Counted from the stretch's first letter, positions 1 through 9,271 are shown. The stretch: DNA of 30,952 bases from Promethearchaeota archaeon (GCA_016839765.1 JAEOTP010000067.1:1-30952); one strand, 5' to 3'. Notes: generated by a model from the sequence alone, not told the origin. Numbers and translations: made by a program.

Positions 1-456
1 GTAGAAGATGCTAACGTGATTATCTTTGCTATGGGATCAGTCGCATCTCAATCAAAAATAGTATTGAAAAAGCTAAGGCAAGAAGGTTTAAAAGTAGGGT
101 TAGTTAGTTTAAAACTTTTTCGACCCTATCCTGCGAAATACTTAAAAGAGTTATTGAAGGAGAAGGAAACAATTGTAGTTTTCGATAGAGATATTGGATA
201 CGGTTATGAAGGGGTATTATGCTATGAATTAAAATCAGCTTTATATGGGTTGAAGAAACCTCCTTTCATTAAAGGTTTTATAGTTGGTTTAGGTGGAAGG
301 GATGTAACAAACGAACATATTATTGATGGAGTTAATAGAGCTTTAAATCAAGCTAAAACTGGAGAGATGTCTCAAACAACTGAATTTATAGGTCTAAAAC
401 TAGATCAACTTAGTAATTATGATGAATCAACTTTTTTTGAGGAGGTAAAGAAATAA
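1..456 (+). CDS. porA: Pyruvate/2-oxoacid:ferredoxin oxidoreductase alpha subunit, C-terminal part (truncated by window edge)
   Basis: Frame is open from base 1. Motifs AMGS, KVGLVSLKLFRPYP, VFDRD and GLGGRD match the PFOR alpha C-terminal domain. Stop overlaps the porB ATG (TAATG). Confidence 0.85.
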   Translation, partial: VEDANVIIFAMGSVASQSKIVLKKLRQEGLKVGLVSLKLFRPYPAKYLKELLKEKETIVVFDRDIGYGYEGVLCYELKSALYGLKKPPFIKGFIVGLGGRDVTNEHIIDGVNRALNQAKTGEMSQTTEFIGLKLDQLSNYDESTFFEEVKK

Positions 457-1355
457 TGGTAAAAGTAATGGACATTCCCGAAGAAGAATTTATTTATCCA
501 GGAACCAGAGCATGCGCTGGGTGTTCAATGGCTTTAATATATAGGATTGCTCTTAAGGCTTTAGGTCCAAATACAATAATAACCGTACCTGCTTCATGTT
601 TAACCGTATTACATGGTATGCAGGGTTTTTGTACAACTAAAGTATCCGTATATCACACCCCGTTCGCTACCACAGGAGCTGCAGCATCAGGTATAGTAGC
701 ATCTTTGGACGATAAAGGTTTATCAGAAGACATCAATGTAGTAGCATTTGCAGGAGATGGTGGAACTGTTGATATTGGTATTCAGAGTTTAAGCGGAGCT
801 GTAGAAAGGGGTACAAATTTTATTTTTGCTTGTTATGATAATGAGGCTTATATGAATACGGGCGTTCAAAGAAGCGGAAGCACTCCTCCAGGAGCGTTTA
901 GTACTACAACACCCGAAGGAAAAACAGGTTATAAGAAAAATATGGCAAAAATTATGGAGGCTCACGGAATTCCATATGTAGCTACCGCTATATCATCTTA
1001 CCCGCTTGATCTGTATGAGAAATTTCAGAGAGCTAAAGGTATAACCGGTCCAAAATATTTGCATATTTTAGCCCCTTGCCCTCCAGGCTGGGGATACGAG
1101 CCAAAAGACTCAATTGAGATAGGTAGATTAGCCGTACAAACAGGATTTTGGCCATTATACGAAGTAATTGAAGGCAAATTTATCCTTTCTAAAGATAGTA
1201 GAAGATTTCTAGACGCTTCAAAAAGGAAACCTATAGAAGAGTATTTTAATTCCCAAAAAAGATTTAGAAAAATCTCAAAAGAAGAAATCGAAAACCATAA
1301 AAGATATATCAATGATTCATGGAATGATATTGAAAAGAGATTAGAAGAAATTTAA
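456..1355 (+). CDS. porB: Pyruvate/2-oxoacid:ferredoxin oxidoreductase beta subunit (TPP-binding)
   Basis: ACAGC, TPP motif GDGG...YDNEAYMNTGVQRS, and APCPPGW. Confidence 0.9.
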   Translation: MVKVMDIPEEEFIYPGTRACAGCSMALIYRIALKALGPNTIITVPASCLTVLHGMQGFCTTKVSVYHTPFATTGAAASGIVASLDDKGLSEDINVVAFAGDGGTVDIGIQSLSGAVERGTNFIFACYDNEAYMNTGVQRSGSTPPGAFSTTTPEGKTGYKKNMAKIMEAHGIPYVATAISSYPLDLYEKFQRAKGITGPKYLHILAPCPPGWGYEPKDSIEIGRLAVQTGFWPLYEVIEGKFILSKDSRRFLDASKRKPIEEYFNSQKRFRKISKEEIENHKRYINDSWNDIEKRLEEI

Positions 1356-1475
1356 CTTTTTTATTATATATATTTATCCTTTTTATTTTCGTATAAATTC
1401 TTATGAATATAACATTTACCAAAATAAATCGATAAAAATTAAAGATATTATAATTTTACAATTAATTGATCCTTT

Positions 1476-2261
1476 ATGCTAAGAAGTTTTATTTTCAACG
1501 AGATTAAAAATAATTGGATTGAAGAGGATGAGTATTTATTTTATCATGATTTATGCGCATTTCTTGATGAAGATAGTAAAATCGTCTATCTATGGAGAGG
1601 ACCTAAGAGTACTAAAGCGAGGTATAAAAAGGGATATCAATTACTAAATGAATTAATTTCAAAGGATTTGCAATTTAAATTCCAAATTAATGTATTAGCT
1701 AGATACATTCCGGATAATGTTAAAGAAAGACTTGACAAAATGCTAATCGCAGCTAAAAAGCAAAAAGAAATTGGTAAATATAAATTTTCAAAATTCACAA
1801 CTATTAGACTTTATTCAATCTTTTTAATAGTATCAATTACTTTTCCAATCCTTTCTCTTTTATTGCTAATCACTTGTGTATTTTGGCCTGTTTCAAATGG
1901 TAATTATGTTGTATCTGCGGTAATATATCAAAGTTGGCTGTTTTATCCAAAAGTCCTATTAATAATTTCTCTAATAATGTTTATCCTTAATATGATAATT
2001 GGATTATATGAAATGGAAACTCAAGTTATTATTTTTTCATTAATGGGTGTGATAATTTGTAGTGGAGTCTTATTATATCTCCAACAAGGAATTTATTTGT
2101 TTTTATTTCAGGAGGGATCAACTTCTACTTTATATATAATTAAAATACAAGATATTACTCTGTTTTATATAATTATTTTTTCTGCAATTACTATTTTTGA
2201 ATTACCTAATTTGCTCAAATTAATATCATTCATAAGAACTTACAGAAAATATATTTTTTAA
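1476..2261 (+). CDS. Membrane protein with N-terminal gelsolin-like domain and ~4 C-terminal TM helices
   Basis: DLCAFLDEDSKIVYLWRGPKSTKARYKKG resembles the gelsolin-repeat core (D.f.lD....iy.W.G..s). Four long hydrophobic segments follow residue ~110. Confidence 0.55.
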   Translation: MLRSFIFNEIKNNWIEEDEYLFYHDLCAFLDEDSKIVYLWRGPKSTKARYKKGYQLLNELISKDLQFKFQINVLARYIPDNVKERLDKMLIAAKKQKEIGKYKFSKFTTIRLYSIFLIVSITFPILSLLLLITCVFWPVSNGNYVVSAVIYQSWLFYPKVLLIISLIMFILNMIIGLYEMETQVIIFSLMGVIICSGVLLYLQQGIYLFLFQEGSTSTLYIIKIQDITLFYIIIFSAITIFELPNLLKLISFIRTYRKYIF

Positions 2262-2299
2262 TTCTATACATTACTTATTTATTTATAATCATTTGATTA

Positions 2300-2315
2300 A
2301 ATAAAAATTATAAAT
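2300..2315 (+). promoter_or_regulatory. Putative BRE/TATA box for rio2 (possibly leaderless transcript)
   Basis: A-rich stretch followed by TTATAAA at 2308-2314, 24-30 nt upstream of ATG 2338. Weak evidence because the background is AT-rich. Confidence 0.3.
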
Positions 2316-2337
2316 AAAAAAATTCAAATTTAATAAT

Positions 2338-3219
2338 ATGGCTGAAGCTGCCAAACTTCTTCCCAATCTTGAAAAAGAAGATTTGAGGATATTAATGGCA
2401 ATTGAACTTGGAATGAAAAGATCTGAGTATGTTAAAATTAGTGATATAAGATTTTATGCTAGATATCCAATTGAAGAAACGCTATTTCGACTTAAAAAAG
2501 TGCATAAAAACGATTTAATTATAAGGAACTCCTCAGAATATGAAATCTCCTATACATTAAATTCACATGGGTATGATGTATTAGCTTTACATGCTTTAGT
2601 TGAAAAAAACATCATCAGTCAATTAGGACCTTTAATTGGAAAAGGAAAAGAGTCAGATGTTTATAGTTGTAGAGATGATAATGAGAATATATATGCACTT
2701 AAAATTTACCGAATGGGAAGAACAAGCTTTAAAAATATTAAGAAGTATCGAAGTTTTATAGGGAAGAGATCACATCTTTCATGGTTATACATAAACAGGC
2801 TGGCAGCAAAAAGGGAATATCGTGCATTAAACAAAATTTATTTACTTAAATTAAATACTCCTAAACCGATCGCGTTTAATAGACATGCTGTTGTTATGTC
2901 ATATTTAAGAGCTAAAGAACTTGTATATTGCCATAGCATTAAAAATCCAGATAAAATTTTTAATAAGATTATAAAACAGATAAAAGTAATATATAAAAAA
3001 GCAAATATGATTCATGGTGATTTGGGGGAATTTAATATTATTTTAGATGCGAAAGAAAATATCCTAATAATAGATTGGCTGCAGTGGGTTCCAAAAGAAC
3101 ATCCAAATGCTCACTCTCTATTAGAAAGAGATATTGAAAATGTTTGTAATTACTTTAGAAAAAAGTATAATGTTATAAGTAATCCTGATGAAATTGTCGC
3201 TGAATTTTATAAAAATTAG
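2338..3219 (+). CDS. rio2: RIO2-family atypical Ser/Thr kinase (small-subunit ribosome maturation)
   Basis: N-terminal winged helix (EDLRILMAIELGMK; GYDVLAL), GKGKESDVY, RMGRTSF, HGDLGEFNI and IIDW.Q. Confidence 0.92.
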   Translation: MAEAAKLLPNLEKEDLRILMAIELGMKRSEYVKISDIRFYARYPIEETLFRLKKVHKNDLIIRNSSEYEISYTLNSHGYDVLALHALVEKNIISQLGPLIGKGKESDVYSCRDDNENIYALKIYRMGRTSFKNIKKYRSFIGKRSHLSWLYINRLAAKREYRALNKIYLLKLNTPKPIAFNRHAVVMSYLRAKELVYCHSIKNPDKIFNKIIKQIKVIYKKANMIHGDLGEFNIILDAKENILIIDWLQWVPKEHPNAHSLLERDIENVCNYFRKKYNVISNPDEIVAEFYKN

Positions 3220-3229
3220 CGGAAATCTC

Positions 3230-3826
3230 TCAATCCTTTATTAATTTTCCTTGAATTATTACATCTTCAATAGATTCAATATTTTTAATTTTAAGATCTA
3301 TTAATTTTGAATTCAAGAATGAAATTAATAAATCTAAATCTAGATTTTTTTTTAATATTGAAAATTCTAGATTAGCCATATGTTCACCCACCCTTAAAAT
3401 TTCTATTATGCCTTTAGAAATATTAGGCAGATTTTGTAATGATGTAATTGAAAAAATTGAATCAATTCTATTATCTCTAAAAGGCAAATGCTCAATATCA
3501 CTTAATATTAAATTTACATTAAGATTATTATTCAAATTTCTACATTTATCGGCAAATCTTTTTAGCATATTCAAAGAAATCTCAATACCGATATAATTTA
3601 AAATTTGGTTAATCTTAAATTTTTTTACAATAAATTCAAAAAGAAGACCAGAACCACAACCAGCGTCTAGTATTATTTTATTTTTTTCTAACAGAAAGTC
3701 ACTGAATATTATCGTATATTTTTCTTCTTGGATTTTTCTATATCTTTTATCATAAGAAGTTGCAGTAGAGTTATATTTACTTATTATTTCCTTTTTCTTG
3801 TCATAATTCCCTTTAAAAATTCGCAA
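3230..3826 (-). CDS. Class I SAM-dependent methyltransferase (Bud23/BioC-like)
   Basis: Motif I ILDAGCGSG, IGIEIS..ML, and LPFRDNRIDSIFSITSLQ. TTG start. Confidence 0.8.
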   Translation of the reverse strand: MRIFKGNYDKKKEIISKYNSTATSYDKRYRKIQEEKYTIIFSDFLLEKNKIILDAGCGSGLLFEFIVKKFKINQILNYIGIEISLNMLKRFADKCRNLNNNLNVNLILSDIEHLPFRDNRIDSIFSITSLQNLPNISKGIIEILRVGEHMANLEFSILKKNLDLDLLISFLNSKLIDLKIKNIESIEDVIIQGKLIKD

Positions 3827-3954
3827 TTATGATTACCAAAATATAATAATTATTTAAGGGATTAATACCCGATAAAAAGGTTTTAATTCAAAAAAGTTTT
3901 TCTTTAAATTAACTTTTCTATAAATATAGTAATTATTTCAACAAAGGTAGAAAT

Positions 3955-4221
3955 ATGTCAAGTAAGAATAATAATTCTAGTTCTAAATCTAAAAATCCAC
4001 TATCAATTCTTATGGCATCACAGAATAGCCAAATTTTATTAAGATTAAAAGACGGTACTGAATATAGAGGGTTGTTAAAAGAAATTGATGCATACATGAA
4101 TCTAATCCTATATGATGCCACAGAACTCTTAGAGGGGACTCCCGTAGCTAAATATAACGAGATTTTCATACGAGGTAATAATCTTCTCTTCATAAAGCCA
4201 GATGCGTCTCAAATTATGTAG
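3955..4221 (+). CDS. Sm-like archaeal protein (SmAP/LSm)
   Basis: Sm1 motif (LKDGTEYRGLLKEIDAYMNLIL) and Sm2 motif (EIFIRGNNLLFI). Confidence 0.92.
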   Translation: MSSKNNNSSSKSKNPLSILMASQNSQILLRLKDGTEYRGLLKEIDAYMNLILYDATELLEGTPVAKYNEIFIRGNNLLFIKPDASQIM

Positions 4222-4226
4222 AGAAG

Positions 4227-4670
4227 TTGAGAGAATTTAACCCTTCCTATAACCTTGTTTCTGTAATTGGATACGGAACATTCATTTCCCGTGGAATTTG
4301 GAGAACTAAAAGGAATGTTGAAGTTTGTATAGTTAAAAGTTATGTTCGGATTTATCCTGAAGGATATTGGTATCCTTTTATTTTACCCTCAGAAGGATCC
4401 TCATTCTATGCATTGAAATTTGATGTCACGAAAGAAGAATTGAGATCCTTAGATTTTTATGAGGGTGTTTCAGAAAATTACTTTAAACGGGAAATTATTG
4501 AAGTTTATCGTAAAAATAATGAAAAAATTCAAGCCTATATATATTTACCTACAGATCAATTAATTACAAAATACAAGTTATCTGTTAATTTGGATGAAAA
4601 GGATAGATGGAAGGAAGAAATAAAAAAGGATCCCGAGATAATAGAAAAATTTCCAGAATTAATTCTTTAA
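4227..4670 (+). CDS. Gamma-glutamylcyclotransferase-like (GGCT/AIG2-like) protein
   Basis: N-terminal GYGT motif, LDFYEG (catalytic Glu position), Y.R...V and AYIY. TTG start 5 nt after the Sm stop. Confidence 0.75.
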   Translation: MREFNPSYNLVSVIGYGTFISRGIWRTKRNVEVCIVKSYVRIYPEGYWYPFILPSEGSSFYALKFDVTKEELRSLDFYEGVSENYFKREIIEVYRKNNEKIQAYIYLPTDQLITKYKLSVNLDEKDRWKEEIKKDPEIIEKFPELIL

Positions 4671-5573
4671 TCATTGAATTAACATTGGAATTAGATTATT
4701 ATCTCTTATTATAGCATACGATCCGGGATTAGGTGAAAAATATCCCCTGTAATTAGCAGAAGAAAAAATTGATAATAACCTTTTATTGAAAAACCATCTA
4801 TAGCCTTCAGGAAAGCATTCATGAGCTCTTATTAGTAATTGTAAATTATTTTTTTCCATAAAAGCATCAAAAGCTTTTTGTCCAAAAAACTTTATACCTG
4901 GACCTCTAAAACTATTTGAAAAATTTAAAATTTCTACATCTTTTGGATCATTCCATAGAATCTGATAGATGCCCGGTTTAATTAATTTAATAGTAGCTTT
5001 ATCCAAATCTTTATGTTTTTTATTCTTCAATTTTTTTAAAATATCAAAATCTTCGGGAATTCCACCATGCAAACATAGTATATTGTCATTAATCACAGCA
5101 CAAATAGGCAAAACGTTGTAGATAGATAAAATTTCATTAAATTTGGATTGATCTTTAAACCTTGACATAAAATCCTGGAAAAAACCATAATATTGATTCA
5201 TTTCCAATGTTTCATGATTACCTTTTAAAAGAAAATATCTTTTAGGTTCAATTATTTTTAAAGCTAGTACTAATATTAAACATTCAAGTTGGTATGAACC
5301 TCTATCCACTATATCCCCCAGAAAAATTACTAATTTAGGATTTTTTTTTTCTATGATTTCAATTAGTTTCAATATACTTTGTAAATTTCCATGAATATCT
5401 CCAATAATATAAACCTCTTCCTCCTTTCCATCCAACTTAAATTCTAATAGTAAATTTTCCTCTTTAAAATGGGCCTTTACCTCTTGAAAAATATTTGCAA
5501 GTTCTTCAAATTTCAATTCTGATATTACTTTTGGCTTTTTTATCAAATTTTTTAGATAGGATTTCTCAATCAT
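4671..5573 (-). CDS. PPP-family Ser/Thr protein phosphatase (PP1/PP2A-like)
   Basis: GDIHG, GDIVDRG, KGNHE, LHGG, LWNDP, RGPG, IRAHE and SIFSSANY. Confidence 0.92.
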   Translation of the reverse strand: MIEKSYLKNLIKKPKVISELKFEELANIFQEVKAHFKEENLLLEFKLDGKEEEVYIIGDIHGNLQSILKLIEIIEKKNPKLVIFLGDIVDRGSYQLECLILVLALKIIEPKRYFLLKGNHETLEMNQYYGFFQDFMSRFKDQSKFNEILSIYNVLPICAVINDNILCLHGGIPEDFDILKKLKNKKHKDLDKATIKLIKPGIYQILWNDPKDVEILNFSNSFRGPGIKFFGQKAFDAFMEKNNLQLLIRAHECFPEGYRWFFNKRLLSIFSSANYRGYFSPNPGSYAIIRDNNLIPMLIQ

Positions 5574-5734
5574 TATTCTTCGCTTGAAAAAATAATACTA
5601 GCGTATTTTTCTTATATAAATGTTCTATTTTTTTATTATAAAATATAAGTGTTATAGATATAAACTAGAAGAATAAGTAATTTAAAATATCTGCTAGAAG
5701 TATTAGAAATACTAAATAGATAAATTAAATATAT

Positions 5735-7738
5735 ATGGTAATACAAGAATTAAAAAAGATCTTAGTTTCGCTTGAGGAACATATTACTGAATTTGAAAGT
5801 AATAAAAGAGAACAAAAGAAAATAAAAAAAGATTTAGGAATTATTTATACACCCCAAAATATAGCAGATTTTATGGTTTCAGAAAGTTTTAAATTATATT
5901 TTAAAAATAATTTTGATTTTAAAGAGAATAATGAGATTTTTTCTAAAAATCATAGTTCTGAAAAAATATTGTATAAAATTGTCCCAAATTTAAAAATTTT
6001 AGATCCTGCCTGTGGTTCTGGAAGATTTTTAATTTCAATGGCTAAAATATTGTTTCAATTTTATAAAAATCTAGGTTTACACTTACCAGATTATGATATA
6101 AAAAAAAGAATAATTGAAAAAAACCTATTTGGAATTGATATCGATTATTCAGCATTAAAAATCTCAAAATTAAGACTAGTTAAATGGTTATTATCTGATT
6201 TGTCAGATAAATCAAGCTTAAAAATTGACAATATTAATCAAATTTCAAAAAAGATTGAAATTAAATTTAATCTATTTGTTAAGGATTTTCTTTTAGAATT
6301 TAATATAAATAATTTTGATTTTATTATCGGTAATCCTCCATATATAGAAAATAAGAAAATCTATGACAAAGTCTATAAACAAAAACTTACAAAAAGATTT
6401 TATTCTGCTTATCGATTGTATGACCTATCAATATTATTTATTGAAAAATCAATAGAATTGTTAAAACAAAATCAGGGTGTACTCTCATTTTTAACAATAA
6501 ATAAATTTTTATCAGCGGATTATGGAGAAAAACTTAGAGAACTCCTCATTAATGAGGTGGAAATTAAAGGGATTATAGATATTTCTTCTTTACCAGTATT
6601 TCATAGAATAGCTGCGTATCCAATTATTATATCTTTGAAGAAAAAAGTACCCCAGAACTCAACAATAATAGTAAAAAAAGCTGTTGATTTAAATCTATTA
6701 AAAAAATCAAAATCAATTTTAGTAAATGAAATCCCTCAAGAAGATATCAAACTATTCCCTGCAAAAGTAATTCCCATCTCGAAGAATTTGCATTTAATAA
6801 AAAGATTGTATACAAAATATAAACCAATGTCAGAAGTGATAGCAGACCTTAATATAATTTATCGCCCTTATGGATTTATTAAATGGGCTCAAAACTTCAA
6901 ATATGCATCCAAAAAAAAGGTTTCAAATAAAGATTTACTTTTAATTGGAACTGGAAATGTAGGAAATTTCCATATAAACTTTAAAAAACCAATTAGGATT
7001 GCTAAACGTAAATTGAATATATCATATTTTAATTATAATAAAAATTTTGAGCATATTTGGAAGAAAGTGAGTGTTGAAAAACTAATTTTCAGAGAAATTG
7101 CTAAAGATCTCACATTTACTTATGATCCTGGCATATTTACTAATATTACTGGATTATATTTTATTCAGATTCCCTCCTATAACACAGATAACCTATTTAG
7201 TTTACTATTAATTTTGAATTCAGATTTGATAAATCTAGTTTTTAAAACACTATTTAACTCATTACATATGGCAGGGGGTTACTTAAGAATTAACGGAAGC
7301 TTTATTAAAAGATTACCTTTACCTGAAATATTTCCAACTTCATTTTCACGCTTAGGAAAGATACTCCAATTTCTTTTCCAATTTAAATCTGATTTTATAG
7401 AAACAGATCAATATGATCCTCCTGGAGGAGTTGAAATTTCATTCTTAGAGAAAATGATTTGCTTTTATAAAAAACTTTCAAATTCTCTTGTAAATGGCAT
7501 ATACCTAAAAGAAGCAGACTCTAAAGAATTGGAAAACATAATTAATTATATAAATTATCTGCCTAAAATTCAATTAAAATATTTTGGCCAAGGATATAAT
7601 CTCCCAAAATATGAAATTTATCGAAAGCAAGAGGTTGAATCAATCTTTAATTCAATTCTTAATACTTATTTTGATCTGAATAGAAATAATAAAATTTTAG
7701 AACAGATTTGGCCATTTCAAAAATTAATTTTGAGTTAA
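5735..7738 (+). CDS. N6-adenine DNA methyltransferase, gamma class (TaqI/Eco57I-like), apparently orphan
   Basis: GIIYTP, motif I LDPACGSGRFL, FGIDID, motif IV IIGNPPY, then a TaqI_C-like region (EKLIFREIA; LNS). Confidence 0.85.
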   Translation: MVIQELKKILVSLEEHITEFESNKREQKKIKKDLGIIYTPQNIADFMVSESFKLYFKNNFDFKENNEIFSKNHSSEKILYKIVPNLKILDPACGSGRFLISMAKILFQFYKNLGLHLPDYDIKKRIIEKNLFGIDIDYSALKISKLRLVKWLLSDLSDKSSLKIDNINQISKKIEIKFNLFVKDFLLEFNINNFDFIIGNPPYIENKKIYDKVYKQKLTKRFYSAYRLYDLSILFIEKSIELLKQNQGVLSFLTINKFLSADYGEKLRELLINEVEIKGIIDISSLPVFHRIAAYPIIISLKKKVPQNSTIIVKKAVDLNLLKKSKSILVNEIPQEDIKLFPAKVIPISKNLHLIKRLYTKYKPMSEVIADLNIIYRPYGFIKWAQNFKYASKKKVSNKDLLLIGTGNVGNFHINFKKPIRIAKRKLNISYFNYNKNFEHIWKKVSVEKLIFREIAKDLTFTYDPGIFTNITGLYFIQIPSYNTDNLFSLLLILNSDLINLVFKTLFNSLHMAGGYLRINGSFIKRLPLPEIFPTSFSRLGKILQFLFQFKSDFIETDQYDPPGGVEISFLEKMICFYKKLSNSLVNGIYLKEADSKELENIINYINYLPKIQLKYFGQGYNLPKYEIYRKQEVESIFNSILNTYFDLNRNNKILEQIWPFQKLILS

Positions 7739-7864
7739 ACATTCTATATAGATTTAAGATTTAAAAGAAAAAGAAAAATAAAAAAATCTAAATTCAATTG
7801 TATCAAATTTTTATATGTAATTTCATTAAAAATCAAAACTTTAAAAAAATCAGTTGTGAGATCA

Positions 7865-8185
7865 ATGGCAAAAAAGAAGAAAGTAATTGAACAACCTGAA
7901 TTTGATGAAGTCCCTGGGGGGAAACCAGATGAAGAAGGGGATGAAATCATTGATTTATACGATGAGCAAGATAATTTAGAGGAAGACTTAGATTATGATT
8001 TGAGTAAAATCAAGGATGAAATGTTAGCTGATGAAACTGAAGACGAAGAGTTTGGATACGAGGTAAATGAAGTAGAAGCATTGGTAAGAAAGGTTAAATG
8101 TGAGCCATGTCCAGGAAGTTCAAGCAAAAGTGAATGTAAAATACGCAATGACTTTGGATGTCCTCCTGATAAAGCAAAAAAATAA
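7865..8185 (+). CDS. Small acidic protein with C-terminal four-Cys cluster
   Basis: Likely ATG at 7865. Basic N-terminus MAKKKK, long Asp/Glu-rich tract, then CEPC-x8-C-x7-C. Confidence 0.65.
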   Translation: MAKKKKVIEQPEFDEVPGGKPDEEGDEIIDLYDEQDNLEEDLDYDLSKIKDEMLADETEDEEFGYEVNEVEALVRKVKCEPCPGSSSKSECKIRNDFGCPPDKAKK

Positions 8186-8266
8186 ATCGCTAAGAAATTG
8201 TTTCCAGAAATCTTTCATTTTTTATCTTTATTTTTTCCTATCTAAATTATAACTGAGGAATAGTTT

Positions 8267-9271
8267 TTGCTCTCTAAAAATATAAAAAGAATTATAGTAG
8301 TTTATTTTGGTATCATTACTAGTACGCTCATTTGGAATGTAAATCAAAATATTTTTGGTAATCCCTTTTGGCCATGCTTTATTTTATCAACTACAACTTT
8401 TTTAATAATTTATACTCCTTTTGAAATTTATTTTAGTTTTCGAGATCTTTGGTTTGATAGATGGATTCAATTTCATTTAGAAGATTTAAACATAAAAAAG
8501 GTAAAAATAAATGTAGATAATGGAAAAAAGAAAAAAACTAGAGCATTAACTGCATTTTTAATTACATTGAATAACGAAAATTATATTAAATCTAAAAATA
8601 CGGTGATTGTTGTATGCCATGGTTTTTCTGATAAAAAAGAAACTCTCCAATTCTATTATTTACCATTAGCAATGCAAGGATTTACGATATTGGCATATGA
8701 TGCTCGAGGAACTGGCGAATCAAGAAGAGTAGGTAGAAGAAACCAATTCTATAAACGTATTGAAGATTATAAAACCGTAATCAAATGGATTAAAGAAAGG
8801 GATGATTTAAAAAATAAGAAAATATGTTCAGTAGGCTTCAGTATAGGCGCATTAACAATTTTATGCGGGGGTTTTCCTAATATTCAAATTGAAAAATTAA
8901 TCGCGATATCATCAATATCAGATTATAAACAAAACTTGCCAAAGTTTAATCCCATCATTTTATTAAGGTATTTTTTTAAAGGCGTTAAACTTTTCCCTAC
9001 TGATGAAGAGAATGAAAAATTATCTCCATTAATAGTTATGAATAAAATTAAACAAACCCAACCAGATGAAGAATGGAAAATCTTATCAAAAAGAGTGTTA
9101 TTAATTCATTGTAGAAATGATAAAATAATAAAATTAAGGAATTTCGAAGAAAATAGCAATTTATTAAACATTTCGGAACAAAATAAGTTAATATTAAGAA
9201 AAGGTGGACATACTAATAAAAAAGATGAATTAGCTTTGGTAGGTATCTCTTTACGATTTCTTAACTCTTAG
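8267..9271 (+). CDS. Alpha/beta hydrolase with N-terminal membrane anchor
   Basis: Two hydrophobic N-terminal segments, CHGF, YDARGTGES, nucleophile elbow GFSIG, H..ND and GGH. Confidence 0.85.
   Translation: MLSKNIKRIIVVYFGIITSTLIWNVNQNIFGNPFWPCFILSTTTFLIIYTPFEIYFSFRDLWFDRWIQFHLEDLNIKKVKINVDNGKKKKTRALTAFLITLNNENYIKSKNTVIVVCHGFSDKKETLQFYYLPLAMQGFTILAYDARGTGESRRVGRRNQFYKRIEDYKTVIKWIKERDDLKNKKICSVGFSIGALTILCGGFPNIQIEKLIAISSISDYKQNLPKFNPIILLRYFFKGVKLFPTDEENEKLSPLIVMNKIKQTQPDEEWKILSKRVLLIHCRNDKIIKLRNFEENSNLLNISEQNKLILRKGGHTNKKDELALVGISLRFLNS

Noticed and set aside
5699-5713. Inverted repeat AGTATT-AGA-AATACT upstream of the DNA methyltransferase (possible operator)
   Set aside because: Six-bp AT-rich arms are expected by chance at this base composition, and no controller protein is adjacent.
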